From contig OX597828.1 in the NCBI GenBank assembly GCA_951406725.2, positions 73,532,001 to 73,596,000 of the forward strand: 64,000 bases of DNA, given 5' to 3'. This DNA is from Octopus vulgaris (taxonomy: Eukaryota). A model generated the notes under the pieces. The model worked only from the letters and a program-made list of their open reading frames with translations, ran no database searches and was not told where the DNA came from. Below are positions 44,326 through 59,402 of the stretch, piece after piece. Every line of letters begins with the position of its first letter. Positions within the stretch are counted from its first letter, which is position 1. The position numbers and the translations under genes were made by a program.

Positions 44326-44949
44326 TTATAGTTTGCTTACAACGTTATATTGCCATGTTACTGATGGATCAAAATATACTTTCCTCGTCTAATGTTTCTG
44401 GATCACGTCGTTATCTCGGATCAATTTTATCCTTAGCTCAAATATATATTTTCAAATGAGGAAACAATCCTTTTTTGTGGTCAAACACTACTTCCTCTTC
44501 TTTTAGCTCTTTTCCCTCGTTTTCCTTTCTGCTATCAAAATATAAAGACAAGGCTATCAAAACACTGTCAAACGGTAAAAGGATTCTCCTGATTTTCATA
44601 TCAATATCCCGAACCGAGGTACTGATAGTTTCTTGGGTTGCAGCAATGAAATACAAACAGATCAATAGTTAACCAATAATGACAAACATCATTCAGGCTT
44701 TAGGGAGGCTTTACCAAATACAGTTCCAATAATGTCTACAGGATATCGGCTAAGATGTGCTACCGTTTGTCAAAGCCTACCGAATCAGTTACACTACCAA
44801 TCCGTAGGAAGGTATCCCTGACCAGTAGAACGAGATAACCGGAACGAACAATTAATTTTAGCAATGAACACAAATACTCACAGCTAGGTGCATCAGTGGA
44901 AGTAGAAGTACAGCATCGTTAGTTAATATATGGACATTTTAAGACAATG

Positions 44950-45135
44950 ACCTGGCAGAAGAGTTGTCATGCCGGACAAAGTGCTTAGCTTCATTTCATC
45001 CGTCTTTCGTTCTGAGTTCAAACACCGGCAATGCTGACTTTGCCTTTCATCCTTCTAGGAAATGCCAGTTGAGCGCTGGGGTTGATGTAATAGACTGTCT
45101 CGGGGTTGTTGCCCTTGTGCCAAAATTTGAAATTG
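44950..45135 (+). mobile_element. Deu/Nin-domain SINE, degenerate
   Basis: gagttcaaac...gactttgcctttcatcctt. Confidence 0.7.
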
Positions 45136-46273
45136 ATATTTGGACAGTGTAAACATTTTTTAATTAGACGTGAGGAAAAGTTGAAAGCTTTCCTGAAAAT
45201 TCCTCAATTTACACATTTACAAATATTACAGGATTCAAGACAGAATACTTTAGACTCTGAACATTCAGTTATGATGTATATACATAGCCAGAACCTGGAT
45301 GACTTTTGTCTGGCGATTTCAGACACTTCAGGACGAATCGCCGGAAATACAGAAGGAATTAACGTACGGCCTATAGAGAGAATAAAAAAATCCGAATCGC
45401 CGATTGGATGCTGTGGACATTTCATACAAGAGAAGATGAAATTGTATTGGCCACATGATAGACAATGGTTCTTAGTGTCTTGGGTAATTTTCTGCTGTTA
45501 TTTTGGTTTCTCAGCGGCAAGGATATTTCGAATACGACGATTCAACGCCAAGACAAGCTGACCTACGCGAAAAGTCTAAAAGGTTAACGTTTCAGGTTTT
45601 CGCAAGGCAAAAATGTTCAGCAGATTATATCAGGATAATCTTGGAAAGAAAATACAAGCAGCAACAAATATCAGAATTGAAAATAAACGAACTGGGAGCT
45701 GTTAAAACCTTGGCACTTTACCCTTTCAGTGTTCGGTTAGGATTAAATGCATCATTTGCAAGGGGTCTTAAAAAAATGAAGATCGTCTCGAGCAGTAACT
45801 GATATGAAGGGGGATTGAGGTAAAAGTAGAAAAACGAAAAGAGAGCGAAAGCGGGTGCGCGCAAGCGCATGTGTGTGTGTGCGTAAAACAGACAGACAAA
45901 CAGACAGAGAGAGTGAGTGCATGCCTGTGCGGGAAAGTGAGAGAAGAATGAAACGCAACTCGATTCATGAATATCGAAAAAATATCGTAAATGAAATTAA
46001 AATATATTTATTTACTGATTATTATAAGATTATTTTTGCTAGTTTCAGCATTACTGATTGTGAGAAAATGATCAAATCAAATTCTTACACAATCACCAAA
46101 TAAATACATTTTAAGTTGATTTACACCTAATTCTTAGAAATTGAGTTTTTCGCGATGCAAGTTTTAAGAGGTTAAAAGAAAGCGTTGATATTTTTTTTCC
46201 TGTGACTTCCAAGTCTTTTCTCCATATTTATATATTTAAAATTATACTTTTTACTTAGCTTAACTGACAGAAT

Positions 46274-46577
46274 ACCTGAAGACACATGGCCTAGTGGTTA
46301 GAGCAGCTGACTCGCGGTCGCGGGATCACGGGTTCGAATCTCAGACCGGGCGATGTGTGTGTTTATGAGCGAAACACCTAAGCTCCACGCGGTGCGGGCA
46401 GAAGGTAATGGCGATGTTCTGCTGACTCTTTCTCCACAACTTTCCCTCACTCTTTCCTCCTGCATCTTGCAGCGCACCTGCGACGGACCGGCGTCCCGTC
46501 CAGCTGGGGAACCCATACGCCAAGGAAACCGGGAAACCGGCCCTTATAAGCCAAGCGTGGCTCGAGAAGGACCAAAC
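46274..46577 (+). mobile_element. Full-length tRNA-derived SINE with 12-bp TSD
   Basis: A box tggcctagtgg, B box ggttcgaatc; TSD aactgacagaat at 46262-46273 and 46578-46589. Confidence 0.9.
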
Positions 46578-47129
46578 AACTGACAGAATGTGATAAAACG
46601 ATGGCAAACTAAAAGTATTTAATCATGCCAATGCATTGCCATGAGTACCGCACGCGCATCTGGCCTCGATGACTTAATGAATAACTAAAAGTAATCCACT
46701 GTACATTACCACGACGTGAAAGTGTGTGACGTAGTATTCAAGGTGCTGCACTCACGATTGTGAGAGTGTAATTTCAATTCCTACACCGGCGATGCGTTGT
46801 GGTTTGCGCAAAGATCTTCCGTTCACGTAACTCTACACTCATCCGTAAATGGTTATCCCTGCAATGAACTAGTGTTCAGTAAAGAATATTCGGCGTATGT
46901 TGGTCGCCTCACCTAGATATTGGCGAGGCAACATCCTAATGCAACAACAGTGAGAGGAAGCCCAGTGTAGGAAAAGGTGTATAAAAACAACCGATCGTTT
47001 CGGTGAGACAGTGATAACTACGATAGCATGTGAGAGAGCTAAATATATTTCAATTTTAGTTCCTATAGCAATACTTTCTATTGAGATAACATGTTTCTCA
47101 TCATTTAGCTATCTTGTAATTCCTATCTT

Positions 47130-47525
47130 TTACTTCTTGTAGTCATTGAACGATTTGAATCATGCGACACGACCCCAGTAATTATTTTGTAACCCTGGTA
47201 ATATTATATCAGTCCTTTTTGCTGAAAGGCTCTATTATGGAGATGAAAACAACCAAACACTGGTTGCCAAGCGATGGTGTGATGTCCATCACAGATAGAA
47301 AGACATACACACTTAGGTATATATGTGTATACACACACATGCACACACAAACACACACACATATATATAAATCGGGCTTCTTTCAGTTTCCGTCCAGCAA
47401 TTCTATTCACACTGCTTTGGTTGCTCGAAGCTATCGTAAAGGACATCTGCCTAAGGTACCACGCAGTAGGACTGAACCCAGAACCATTTGGTTGGCAAGC
47501 AAACCTCTTACTACACAGCCATGCT
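47130..47525 (-). mobile_element. CORE-like SINE, older copy
   Basis: Colinear with 47640-48023. Confidence 0.75.
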
Positions 47526-47639
47526 GAAACCTCGAACACATATTTTTTTTTGAAGTTGTATATCAGTGTTACTAACATTTTTGTATAAGAGAGTGGGAGG
47601 GCGATGGGGCTTTGAGTGTAAATTTGTTATTTTATTTAT

Positions 47640-48023
47640 TTTTTTTTTTACTTGTTTCAGTCATTTGACTGCGGCCATGCTGGAGCACCGCCTTTAATCG
47701 AGCAACACGACCCCAATACTTATTCTTTGTAAGCCCAGTACTTATTCTATCGGTCTCTTTTGCCGAACCGCTAAGTAACGGGGACACAAACACACCAGCA
47801 TCGATTGTCAAGCAATGCTAGGGGGACAAACACACACACATACACATATATATATATACATATATACGACAGGCTTCTTTCAGTTTCCGTCTACCAAATC
47901 CACTCACAAGGCTTTGGTCGGCCCGAGGCTATAGCAGAAGACACTTGCCCAAGATGCCACGCAGTGGGACTGAACCCGGACCATGTGGTTGGTTAGCAAG
48001 CTACTTACCACACAGCCATTCCT
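47640..48023 (-). mobile_element. Full-length tRNA-derived SINE with CORE-like domain and internal (TA/TG)n
   Basis: Minus strand ggctgtgtggtaag...gggttcagtcc...cttgggcaagtgtc...gctccagcatggccgcagtc plus A-rich tail; at least six relatives in the window. Confidence 0.85.
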
Positions 48024-48873
48024 GATTTTTATATGATTATAAAAAACAACAAACTCTTACTGACGAAAGTATTCACTACTTTATGTAGAGCAAAATTTGT
48101 TGTACATAATGTTTAGTACACAACAGGCGCACGAAATGTTATAACACAAAGCTTCCAGCCACGACGTCTGACCATCGTTAAGTCCTAAGTCCTAGAACTG
48201 TGCAACTCTCGCTAAATTTGTCGATTACACATTTTAATCGATAGACCCTGGATTATTTCAGGCATAAGAAGATTAAATAAAATGGTTTGTGTCGGATGTC
48301 GACACGTAGACACTAACTCGGATGTCCGTTTAAATAATGTAACTGGCTTTTTAATACCTACTATTTTGTAATTCGCTAATGACGGCAGTTTCGTATTTAT
48401 CGAAGTGTGCTATGGGTTTGTAAATGACTCACATTTGTACGTGTGAGTAAAAAAACGAAAGAGGTTAGAATTCAACAACCTGAGTTCAACTTAAATGTAT
48501 TTAAACAAAAATTTAAAGTTTCGTGGATGCGTAGGACGAACCTAACTTTCCAGAAATATGGAGAAGATTCCTACGTATCCATCAAACTTAAAATCATATG
48601 GAGTTGAGACAAACTGTTATTAACAATACATATATACAGTGTACAACACTTTTTGACTTGTTAACAATCTTTGCAATAGATCCAATACTTAAATTATCCT
48701 TCCTTCGAAGCTTAATAATCTGCTGACGAATTGATAACGGAGTAAGTGGCATTATATTAACAAAGTACACTGCAAATATTCTTACTAATGTTTAGTAAAC
48801 GAACCGTCACGTAAACAAATTCAAAACATTAGAGTTCGCCGGTTAAATATACTAAAACACGGAGTAAAAGCAA

Positions 48874-49094
48874 CCGTTCTGATCATTTTGGCCAATATGG
48901 GTTTTGCAGTAAATCACTAAATCATCCATAACTTTTGTATTATCCACTCAAATTACACCAAAATCGCAGACAATAACAAGTAATATTATATTTATGGTCT
49001 GTGAAAATTATAGAATATAAAACAACTTTGATAAAAAATTATATCTACTTTTCTGACGAAAACAATGCCGTTCTGAAGATTTTGGCCGCAACTG
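48874..49094. mobile_element. Solo Tc1-family IR/DR-type terminal repeat
   Basis: Terminus CAGTTGCGGCCAAAA on the minus strand next to TA (49095-49096); 20-bp direct repeats ccgttctga..attttggcc at 48874-48893 and 49068-49087. Confidence 0.65.
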
Positions 49095-49391
49095 TATGTA
49101 TGTGACTTTGCATCTGTTTGTTTTCTATATCATAGAATGTGTAAATCATATACAAACACTTTTTCTTTATAGCTTCTTGCGACATGATCGTCTGTATATA
49201 TATTGGCTGCATTGCAATAAGCACGAGTATCAACATAAGGCACAAATCCCGACTTTCCCCGCCACCACCACCTCAAGCATCATCAGCATCATCATAGTCA
49301 TCATCATCAATATGAACAAGACTGACATCAGCAGCAGCAGCAGCAGCAAAAACATAACTGGCACCGTCATCATTTTCGTCATACTAACCAA

Positions 49392-49455
<64 letters not shown>

Positions 49456-49607
49456 GTCGCCGTCATCGTCATCAGACGAAGTCAGTAACACGCTAATTAG
49501 AAACATGCAGATAAGTGATAGTTGTGCAGATGCATTTTCTATGAAGTGAAATGATGCCGTGTCATGTTTAATGGCCAACTGTGATGATAATAATAATAGT
49601 AATAATA

Positions 49608-49801
<194 letters not shown>

Positions 49802-50222
49802 TATTATTATTATTATTATTATAATAATAATTATAATAATAATATTAATAATGGAATTGCGAAATAAGAATGAAGGATATCTCAAATGTATAACATGTCC
49901 ATAAGAGGAATTTGAAGAATCGCATTACATAGAATTAATTTGGAATGCATAACTTAAAATATAAAACGGCCATTAACCGAATTGTCATTTGCATTTACAG
50001 TGTGTAAGCGCAGGCGTGTGTGTGTGTGTATGTGCACGCGTTTGTGTATGATTGTGTGTGTGTGTGTGTGTGTGTGTGAGTGTTCTGGTTTGACTCCTTA
50101 AAGTTCTCTCCAAAAGAGAAAGAACCAATCCATCACTGCAAACAAGGCCCGAAGGTTCGTTTTAGCAATTTAGACAACACCAATTCGACACATGCATTTA
50201 TATATATGTGTGTGTGTGCGTG

Positions 50223-50257
<35 letters not shown>

Positions 50258-51460
50258 ATACATACATACATATATATATATATACACACAAAGACAAAGA
50301 TGGGTAGACATGTGGTTTACTATAAAATTACACTTTATTTGACTTATATACGTATGTATATATATATAGGTATGTATATATGAATATGTGTATGTGTGTG
50401 TACGTAAACATGTATGCGTAGTTTTGTAAAAGCTGGAAGCAATTTTGTCTTTAATTTCCAGTTTGTTTTTATTTCGAATTATATCAACGTGTTTGTTTCA
50501 TGTTGATAAAATCGCCATATTTCTGATTGACTTCTCATCATCAACATTTGTTTTCCCAGTTTTACAAATCCATGATGCTTTGTAGCGAGAAAATTTTTTT
50601 TTTCTTCTATCGGTTTTTTTTTTTGTATCTTCAAAATGGTGTTTACTAATAATGGAGAGAAAATATAAATACATTCTTATTTACTAAAATGAATGAAGAT
50701 CACATTTTTGTAAACATACTCTTCCTCCATAGCTAATCCCCGACATTATCATCTCTTTAGCCATATTATTGATGCTAATTAAATATGACATATCTTACAG
50801 CCGTAGGTTTAATCAATATTATCTTGAAACATTTAATTAAAACTGTCTTTCGAAATTTTCAAAATCTTCCCTATTCTCGCTCATTAAATACATGTTATCG
50901 TAACTGCCAGTACAGTCGCTGGAAATTCTATAGGGATATCGAGTACCAATATACTGGCTATAGGGATATCGAGTACCGATATACCCCTAGCTGGTCCGTT
51001 ATCCTCCCATGTGACGTCATAATTACCGCAAGCGTGTGTGGTCTAATTAGTGAAGTTTGGTGGTGGGTTAGTATTTTTGTTTCGTTTGCACTTTCAAGCA
51101 TAAAATTTCAGTCATTCCATGTTGCTTGCTGACGTAATTCGTTGGTTGTGAAAGAAATCATTTGAGGGCGTGGAGATGGTTCCGTATTTTATTCCTTCTC
51201 TTCAAATAGCCAATGGAGGATTTTTTTAATCAGTTCTTAGCAATTACATAAATCATTATCCAGTTCAAACGTCATCAAACATCGACTTTATTCTAATTCT
51301 TTTATTAATTAATAATATTTTGTTTACCATTTCGGATGCTGTTTGTCTTCATTTGGTCGATGCTGGCGGTGAAGTTGTCATCCAGCCATTATATACACAG
51401 TGGTTCTGTGTTTGATGGTTTCAAGTTGGAAACAAACATCGCTGCAAAACTGATTTAATA

Positions 51461-51843
51461 TTTTGGCACAAGGCCAGTAGTTTCAGGGGAGGGGTAGTCG
51501 ATTACATCGACCCCAGTGTTCCACTGGTAATTATTTTATTGAAATCGAAAGGATAGAAGGCAAAGTCGACCTCGCTGGAATTTCAGTTCAGAACCTAAAG
51601 ACCGACAAAATGTCAATTCTGTCAGCTCGTCTCCTTAAACACCGCTGTAATATTAGCTTCAAATTTTGACACGAGGCCAGTAATTTCGAAGGAGGGGTTC
51701 AGATCCATTACATCGACTCCGGTGCTCAACTTGTGTTTATTCTTATCGACCCCCGAATAATGACTACAGAACGTAAAGCCGGACAAAGTCCCGCTAAGCA
51801 GTTTGCCTGCCGTGTGCTAACCATTCTGCCTGCTCGTCGCCTT
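51461..51843 (-). mobile_element. Two adjacent Deu/Nin-domain SINE copies
   Basis: Each has acatcgac.cc.gtg..c.act and a tRNA-like head remnant. Confidence 0.7.
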
Positions 51844-51989
51844 ATACATCGTTTTAATATTGAATCCAAAATGTCTCTATTAAAAATTATCAGTATAAAA
51901 ACTAGTAATTCAGCAAAGTTGATCGTTTCTCCGTCATAGTTTTAATATTCATAATCAACGTCACTACATTCCGCCTATGTATAGTTATA

Positions 51990-52262
51990 TATTTCATTTC
52001 ATTTCATTTGAGTTTGAGTTCATGCTCAGGCCAAGTCGAAGACTCCACCCTCAGAGTCTGGTGTGGTTGCCAGGTTGTATTCTCTGTTTAATTTTGACAT
52101 GTGTAGGAGCGAGTTTGAGTCAGTTTGTGCTCGTTGTGTATATCCTGGGAGATGAGGTTCATCTCTAATGGTGCTTAAGTATCTATCCAGCTGCAATTTG
52201 AATGATTCCACACTGCATCCTGATAGATTTCTGACATGTACCGGAATGGAGTTGAATTCCAA
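51990..52262 (-). mobile_element. 3' end of a CR1-group LINE
   Basis: FNSIPVHVRN...FKLQLDRYLSTIRDEP...SNSL C-terminal motif; (TGAAA)n tail. Confidence 0.7.
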
Positions 52263-52675
52263 AGAATTCCTGAGTGGAATACGCTTTGCTAATGAGGTAT
52301 CATAAGACTGAAACAGATCCACTGGTTTCATCATTTGAAAAGCAAGCCAACACTCATTCATAATTGTATCAACGTTATATCATTACTTTTCTCTCTTACT
52401 GGAGGTATCTATCGCGCCTCAGGAACTTTCTGTCGAATTTTTCGATGGATAATCCCTTTTCATAAAAAACTTTTCATCTGAATGTTACCTCGCACAAAGA
52501 CAGACGAGTGAAACCGATTAAATTCGAACTTTATTGAAACAGTAGAAACGAGGGAAACATGAATATTGAACAGTTTTAAAATAGGTTTCAAAGAATAAAT
52601 GCTACACTCTTTATATTACCTGTCCACATAATTTACATATATCTATGCTATACGTGTATACATACACATGTGGAT

Positions 52676-52729
<54 letters not shown>

Positions 52730-53028
52730 GTATATATATATATGAGTATGCATGTGTGTATGTGCATATGTCTGTGTACAAGTATATATGTATGTGTTTC
52801 TATCTATCTTTATATATATATTTGTAGATATACAGAAACACATACGCATAAACACACATACGCCAACACGCACACGCACATCTACATATATGTACATGTA
52901 TGTGTATATAGATATGTGTGTATATATATATCCTGTCTATGCTGTGTGTGTATGTATGTGTACGTCCACATATGTAGATATAAATACACATACATAAATA
53001 CGTTTGCCTATATATGTATGTGTACATA

Positions 53029-53059
<31 letters not shown>

Positions 53060-53565
53060 GCATAAATGAATATATGCGTACTTGCCACTCTATATATCTC
53101 TCTATATATTTATATATATCACATGTGTCTGTGGCGATAGACGTATCTATTTAAATATATGTGTGCGTGAGTGCGTGTGTATGTATGTTTCTATGTTTGT
53201 GTGTGTGTGTGTGTGTGTATACGTGTATAGGAGTGTGTGTTTTAGAATAAATTTCCTAGTATGTTATTTATGTAACATTTTATTTGCGTGGCACGTCTAG
53301 CGATATGAGAATATCCAATTCATTATTAGTGGCGAACAAATAAGCAAAACCGAGGCCATTAGTCTATATTGAAAAATAATTTTTTTACCAAAAGTTATTT
53401 ATTCGTTGGTTATGTTGTCAAGTAGCAACTTCAGAAATAAGCAATAACCCGTGCTCATTTGCTTAACCACTTTAGCAACAGAAACAGAACAACAAAGCAA
53501 TAACAACACACCCAATAATAATAAAAATAATAATAATAAAAAAATAAAATATGAAAAACAACAAC

Positions 53566-53601
<36 letters not shown>

Positions 53602-53655
53602 TATAATAATAATAATATTAATAATAATGAAAATTACAATAATAATAATAATAAT

Positions 53656-53741
<86 letters not shown>

Positions 53742-54597
53742 GACCTAAATTGCATAACAATAAATGATATAAGTGAAGAGATACTTGGCTGGAAATTATT
53801 GGTAAACAACATGCCAGGAATTAAATTGCTTACATAAGTACTTGATATTAATGAATCGGGATTTCGCTTCCGTGGTTTGTGAATCTACGTTGTTTTTCCT
53901 GCATGATTAAGTTAAGTTTTTTGACGTTAGTTATTTGACTTGTTGATATATATATATATATTTGTTTTGTTTTTTTAGGATTCGTTTCTGTTCCGTTTCA
54001 TTTTGAATTAAAAGTAACGCATTACAATTAACGGTAATTATATAATGAGAATGATCGTAATTAGTCGACGAAGTGATCACTAATGATTATTTATTATAAA
54101 ATAAAATGTTCCTCTCCATGTTTAAGTGTGGTATTTAAGAGCCTAATCCTAGAATTCAAAAACTTAAATGTGGGGTGAATGTGTTTCTGTGTGCGAATGT
54201 ACATGTGTACACATGTAAGTATCTGCACATATTTATGGGAGTATATATACATGTGTGTTTGTGTGGTAAAATATATTCTTATATAATTCTCAAGTCATTA
54301 TAGATTTATTCGTATATTAATTGCTCGTATAATATAGGTGTACAATTAAATATATACATAAATTATATAAACACATAGTTATATATGGGTATATATATAT
54401 AGTATCTGCATATATACACAAATATATATGTTATCTCAATATACACATGCGTACATGCATTCACACATACCTACAAACATGTGAGTGTGTGTGTGTGTGT
54501 TATATTTCCACATTTCTGTATGTGTATGTTACATTTATACAAATGAGTGTCTGTCCGTCCGCGAGTATGTTTCCCTCCGTGTTTCTTTTCTGTGTAC

Positions 54598-54633
54598 CTT
54601 TCTGTTGAAGAGCGTAGGTTCGAAACGTAAAAG
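54598..54633 (+). ncRNA. Minimal hammerhead variant (CUGUUGA)
   Basis: cttt-CTGTTGA-a-gagc(gtag)gttc-GAAA-cg-TA-aaag. Confidence 0.55.
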
Positions 54634-54752
54634 ACTTGTTTTATTTATATTCCTGAGCGCCATACTAATACAATTGTTTGTTTGTATTCCACCTGCCTTC
54701 GTCTTTTGTTTATTTTCATAAAGCTTCCCGTTATATATATATATATATATAT

Positions 54753-54880
54753 GTAGGTCCCGGGTTGATTCGGGGTTAACCACAGTAAATAAGGTACTCA
54801 ATACATAGCAGAGTAAAATTAATTTATTATACAGAACTAGAACTGTTTCATTCAAGAGAAATCTTCAGGAAGCTAGTTAA
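54753..54880 (-). mobile_element. Hammerhead-bearing element end, same family as 59149-59350 (3' strand of stem I deleted)
   Basis: gtaggtcccggg...aaccacagtaaataaggtactcaatacatagcagagtaaa shared with 59149-59214; minus strand CTGAAGA...GAAAcagttctagttctgTA. Confidence 0.75.
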
Positions 54881-55099
54881 CAAGAATTGTATTGGCATTT
54901 ATACATTTAGGCAGGTTTAAAGGGGTGGTGGTGGGGGACTTTTTGGGGGTAGGCATAGCGCAAAAAATCATACTTGGGGGAGTGGTCAAGGAGTCAGTGG
55001 TAAATTAGATAGAAGAATAAATAAAAGAATAAAAAAGGGAGAATAAAAAAATATATAGAGGAATAGAGTTTTAGGTAAATAAGGAAAATCTCACTTATA

Positions 55100-55167
55100 C
55101 CTATACACATATGTATACATATATACACACACACACACATATACATACTCACATACATACACACACA

Positions 55168-55218
<51 letters not shown>

Positions 55219-55253
55219 TACATATACATACATATATCTACACACACATACAC

Positions 55254-55306
<53 letters not shown>

Positions 55307-55527
55307 CACATATACATGCACATACATATACACACACACATGTATATATGCACACACACACACGACCACACATACACATATACACAAAAAAAAACAAAAA
55401 ATATATATATACATACACACACATACACATACACACATACACACACATATATATCCACATACACACATGCACACACAACACACAAGTCCCTATATACTCA
55501 TATGTACTTATACACATATATGTATAT

Positions 55528-55566
<39 letters not shown>

Positions 55567-56277
55567 TATAGACACATACATATGTGTACCTATTCATACC
55601 TACACATACACACATATACACATACAAATACAAACCCATTCTCTAATTTTAATTTTATTATCTTCATTTATTACTTTTGTTATCTTTGACCGCTGGTCAC
55701 AAACATCTTGGCTACGACAACCAGTCCCTTTTATCTTTCTACTTGAGCACAAGCACTCACTCACGCACGCACACTCGTTAGCACGCACACTCACTCATTC
55801 GTACACTCATACACATACACGCACGCACGCGTTATATTCATACGTACATACATCTACATACATACACGTATATACACATACGTACGCGTACCTACAGATT
55901 CATGTCTACAATCTTAGAAGACTAGTCTATACATATACACCAATAAATATATATACACACATACATATACACCTACATACAAATACATACATACATCATA
56001 ACTCTACGTACCTACATATACCTAAACACACGAGCGTACACGTATGTGTACTTATACACATACACATACCCACGCATATATATATACATACACATACATA
56101 CACGCACATATACACAAATATATATGTATATATATATATATACATATACACATATATACACATATATATATATATATATACATACATATACACACATATA
56201 CATATACACGCATACACACATATATACATACATATACATACACACACATACACATACACACATATATATATATATAT

Positions 56278-56312
<35 letters not shown>

Positions 56313-56474
56313 CATACACATATATATACATACACACACATACACATACATATACATATACACACATACACACACACACATACATATATACACACACACA
56401 CACACATACATATACATACACACATACATACACATATATATATATATATATATACATACATACATACACATATA

Positions 56475-56509
<35 letters not shown>

Positions 56510-56571
56510 GCAAACATACATACATACCCATACACACTCACACACTTACATATACATATATACACACACCT

Positions 56572-56634
<63 letters not shown>

Positions 56635-57009
56635 CACATATACACATATATATACACATACATACATATAAATATATATATACCTGTATATATATACACG
56701 CATACACATACATACACACATATATCTATACACACATGCACATATGTACACATACACACGCATATTCACATATATATATATATATATATACATATATATA
56801 CATATATATATATACATATATATATATATACACATACACACACATACATATATATACACACACATACACACACACATATATATACACATATACATATGCA
56901 TATATACACACACATATATATACCCATCTACAATCTGTATATACACACACATACATGCACATACACATAACTCTACATACCTACATATACATCGACATAC
57001 TCGCGTACA

Positions 57010-57054
<45 letters not shown>

Positions 57055-57181
57055 ATATACATACACACATATATATACATATACACATATATATATATAT
57101 ATATAAAATAAACATATATATATATATATACACGCACACACATACACATATATACATATACACACACACACATACACATAC

Positions 57182-57255
<74 letters not shown>

Positions 57256-57900
57256 CAACAATTGAGGGTAAAGTTAATTAGTTATTAATCAATTTCACCA
57301 AGTATTCAGTATGTAAGAGGACCATTATTTTTTTTGAGTAAACATTGTCGGAGAGAAAGTTTTCTTTAAGTAGTGGAAAAGGCTAAAAAACTTATTAGGC
57401 TGCTATTTCTAGAAAGTTCAGCATGTGGCAAAGTAACCTACCCCACTAAGCCCTAATTATATAATATTTTATATATACATACACATACATACACACATAC
57501 ATATACCCATACATATATACATATGCATACACACATATATACATATATACACACACACACACGCACACACACATACATATATATATATTTTTTTACATAC
57601 ATACACACACACACACACATGATACATGCGTATATTCCTACTATACCCATACGTTTCTATACATATATACGATACACATATACAAGCGTGCACATACAAT
57701 ATGTGAAAGGTCTTAGGAGAAAAGGTAGTCGGGGGTGCTAGGGGAACGGTGGGATTGGGGGGGGTTTATGGGTTCATCAATCTGGTTGCCGGGTAGGTCT
57801 ATAGTTCTTGTAGTTTGCATAATTCTTATGCATGCAATTTGGGGAGTGTTCTGAGATCTTGTTGAATGTATATATATATATATATATACATATATGAATG

Positions 57901-57932
<32 letters not shown>

Positions 57933-58023
57933 CATATATACACACACGCACACACGCACACACACAATATATATATATATATGTATGTATGTATGTATTT
58001 ATGTATGTATATATATATGCATG

Positions 58024-58096
<73 letters not shown>

Positions 58097-58138
58097 GTGT
58101 GTGTATGTATATATATATACACATGTATATATATATAT

Positions 58139-58198
<60 letters not shown>

Positions 58199-58230
58199 GT
58201 ATGCATGTATGTATGCATGTATGTATGTAT
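55100..58230. repeat. About 3-kb degenerate (AC/AT)n field with short complex islands
   Basis: Directly visible; source of the 451-aa and 421-aa pseudo-ORFs. Confidence 0.9.
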
Positions 58231-58428
58231 AAGCATGTTGCCAATTGAAGAAAGTCGCACATAACATTTGCAGTAATGCTTTTTAAAACATATAAAGGTC
58301 GAAAATAGATAAGAAAAATACTACGGTTCGTCGAAAATAGATAAGAAAAATACTACGGTTCGCCTTAAGAAGGGTACATATATATATATATATATATGCG
58401 TATGTGTGTATGTGCGTGTATGTGTATG

Positions 58429-58464
<36 letters not shown>

Positions 58465-58983
58465 TGTGTGTATATATGTATATATAAATATACACACACA
58501 CAATCATATATAGGTATATATAATGTATTCTAATAACATGGACGTCATCAGAAACCCATATCACAAACTTCAACGAATATGAAGCTGCGTACTAGATATT
58601 AAAAAGCCTGTTTATATTATTTAAACAGACGTCCGAGATAATTCCTACTCGATCACATCCGAAAAGAATCGTTTCATTCAGCTTTCAACCGATAAATACA
58701 TATAACCGACAAATTTAACAAGTACTGCGCAGTGCAAGCTGAGAGAGATGGTCACGCCTCTGGAGCGGAAGCTCGGTGTTATAACTGTTTTATGGACTAC
58801 AATTAATGGCTTTTGGGTTTGGTATACATTCGATCACATGATTCTCACCTTCAACAGCTTGTCTTAGAAATCGACCCAAATAAGTAAATATTACGTCAAT
58901 TACTATTAGTCGAATCGCTAGATTTAATCTATATCCCTATCGATTATCTACCTATCTCTCCAACTAACTACACGCACACAAAT

Positions 58984-59076
<93 letters not shown>

Positions 59077-59093
59077 TATATTATATATATATG

Positions 59094-59148
<55 letters not shown>

Positions 59149-59151
<3 letters not shown>

Positions 59152-59348
59152 GGTCCCGGGCTTGAGTTGGGGTCAACCACAGTAAATAAGGTACTCAATA
59201 CATAGCAGAGTAAATTAATTTATTTTATAGAAGGAGCTTCTACAGGACTAGAACTGTTTCATTCAAAAGAAATCATCCAAAGAGCTTCCTGATGATTTCT
59301 TTTGAATGAAACAGTTCTAGTCCTGTAGAAGCTCCTTCTATAAAATAA

Positions 59349-59350
<2 letters not shown>
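59149..59350. mobile_element. Head-to-head inverted hammerhead element in (TA)n
   Basis: Perfect 60-bp inverted repeat (59218-59277 and 59291-59350) with a 13-nt spacer. Confidence 0.85.
59282..59334 (+). ncRNA. Complete type I hammerhead ribozyme (weak stem II)
   Basis: gagcttc-CTGATGA-tttc(tttt)gaat-GAAA-cag(ttctagtc)ctg-TA-gaagctc; 7-bp stem I, 4-bp stem III. Confidence 0.75.

Positions 59351-59402
<52 letters not shown>

Noticed and set aside
50928-50984. 30-bp tandem duplication (a similar 32-bp one at about 58298-58362)
   Set aside because: Ordinary local duplications with no associated structure.
55111-58267. Long ORFs up to 451 aa rich in Y/I/H/T/V/C
   Set aside because: Translations of (AT/AC)n repeats, which lack stop codons in several frames.
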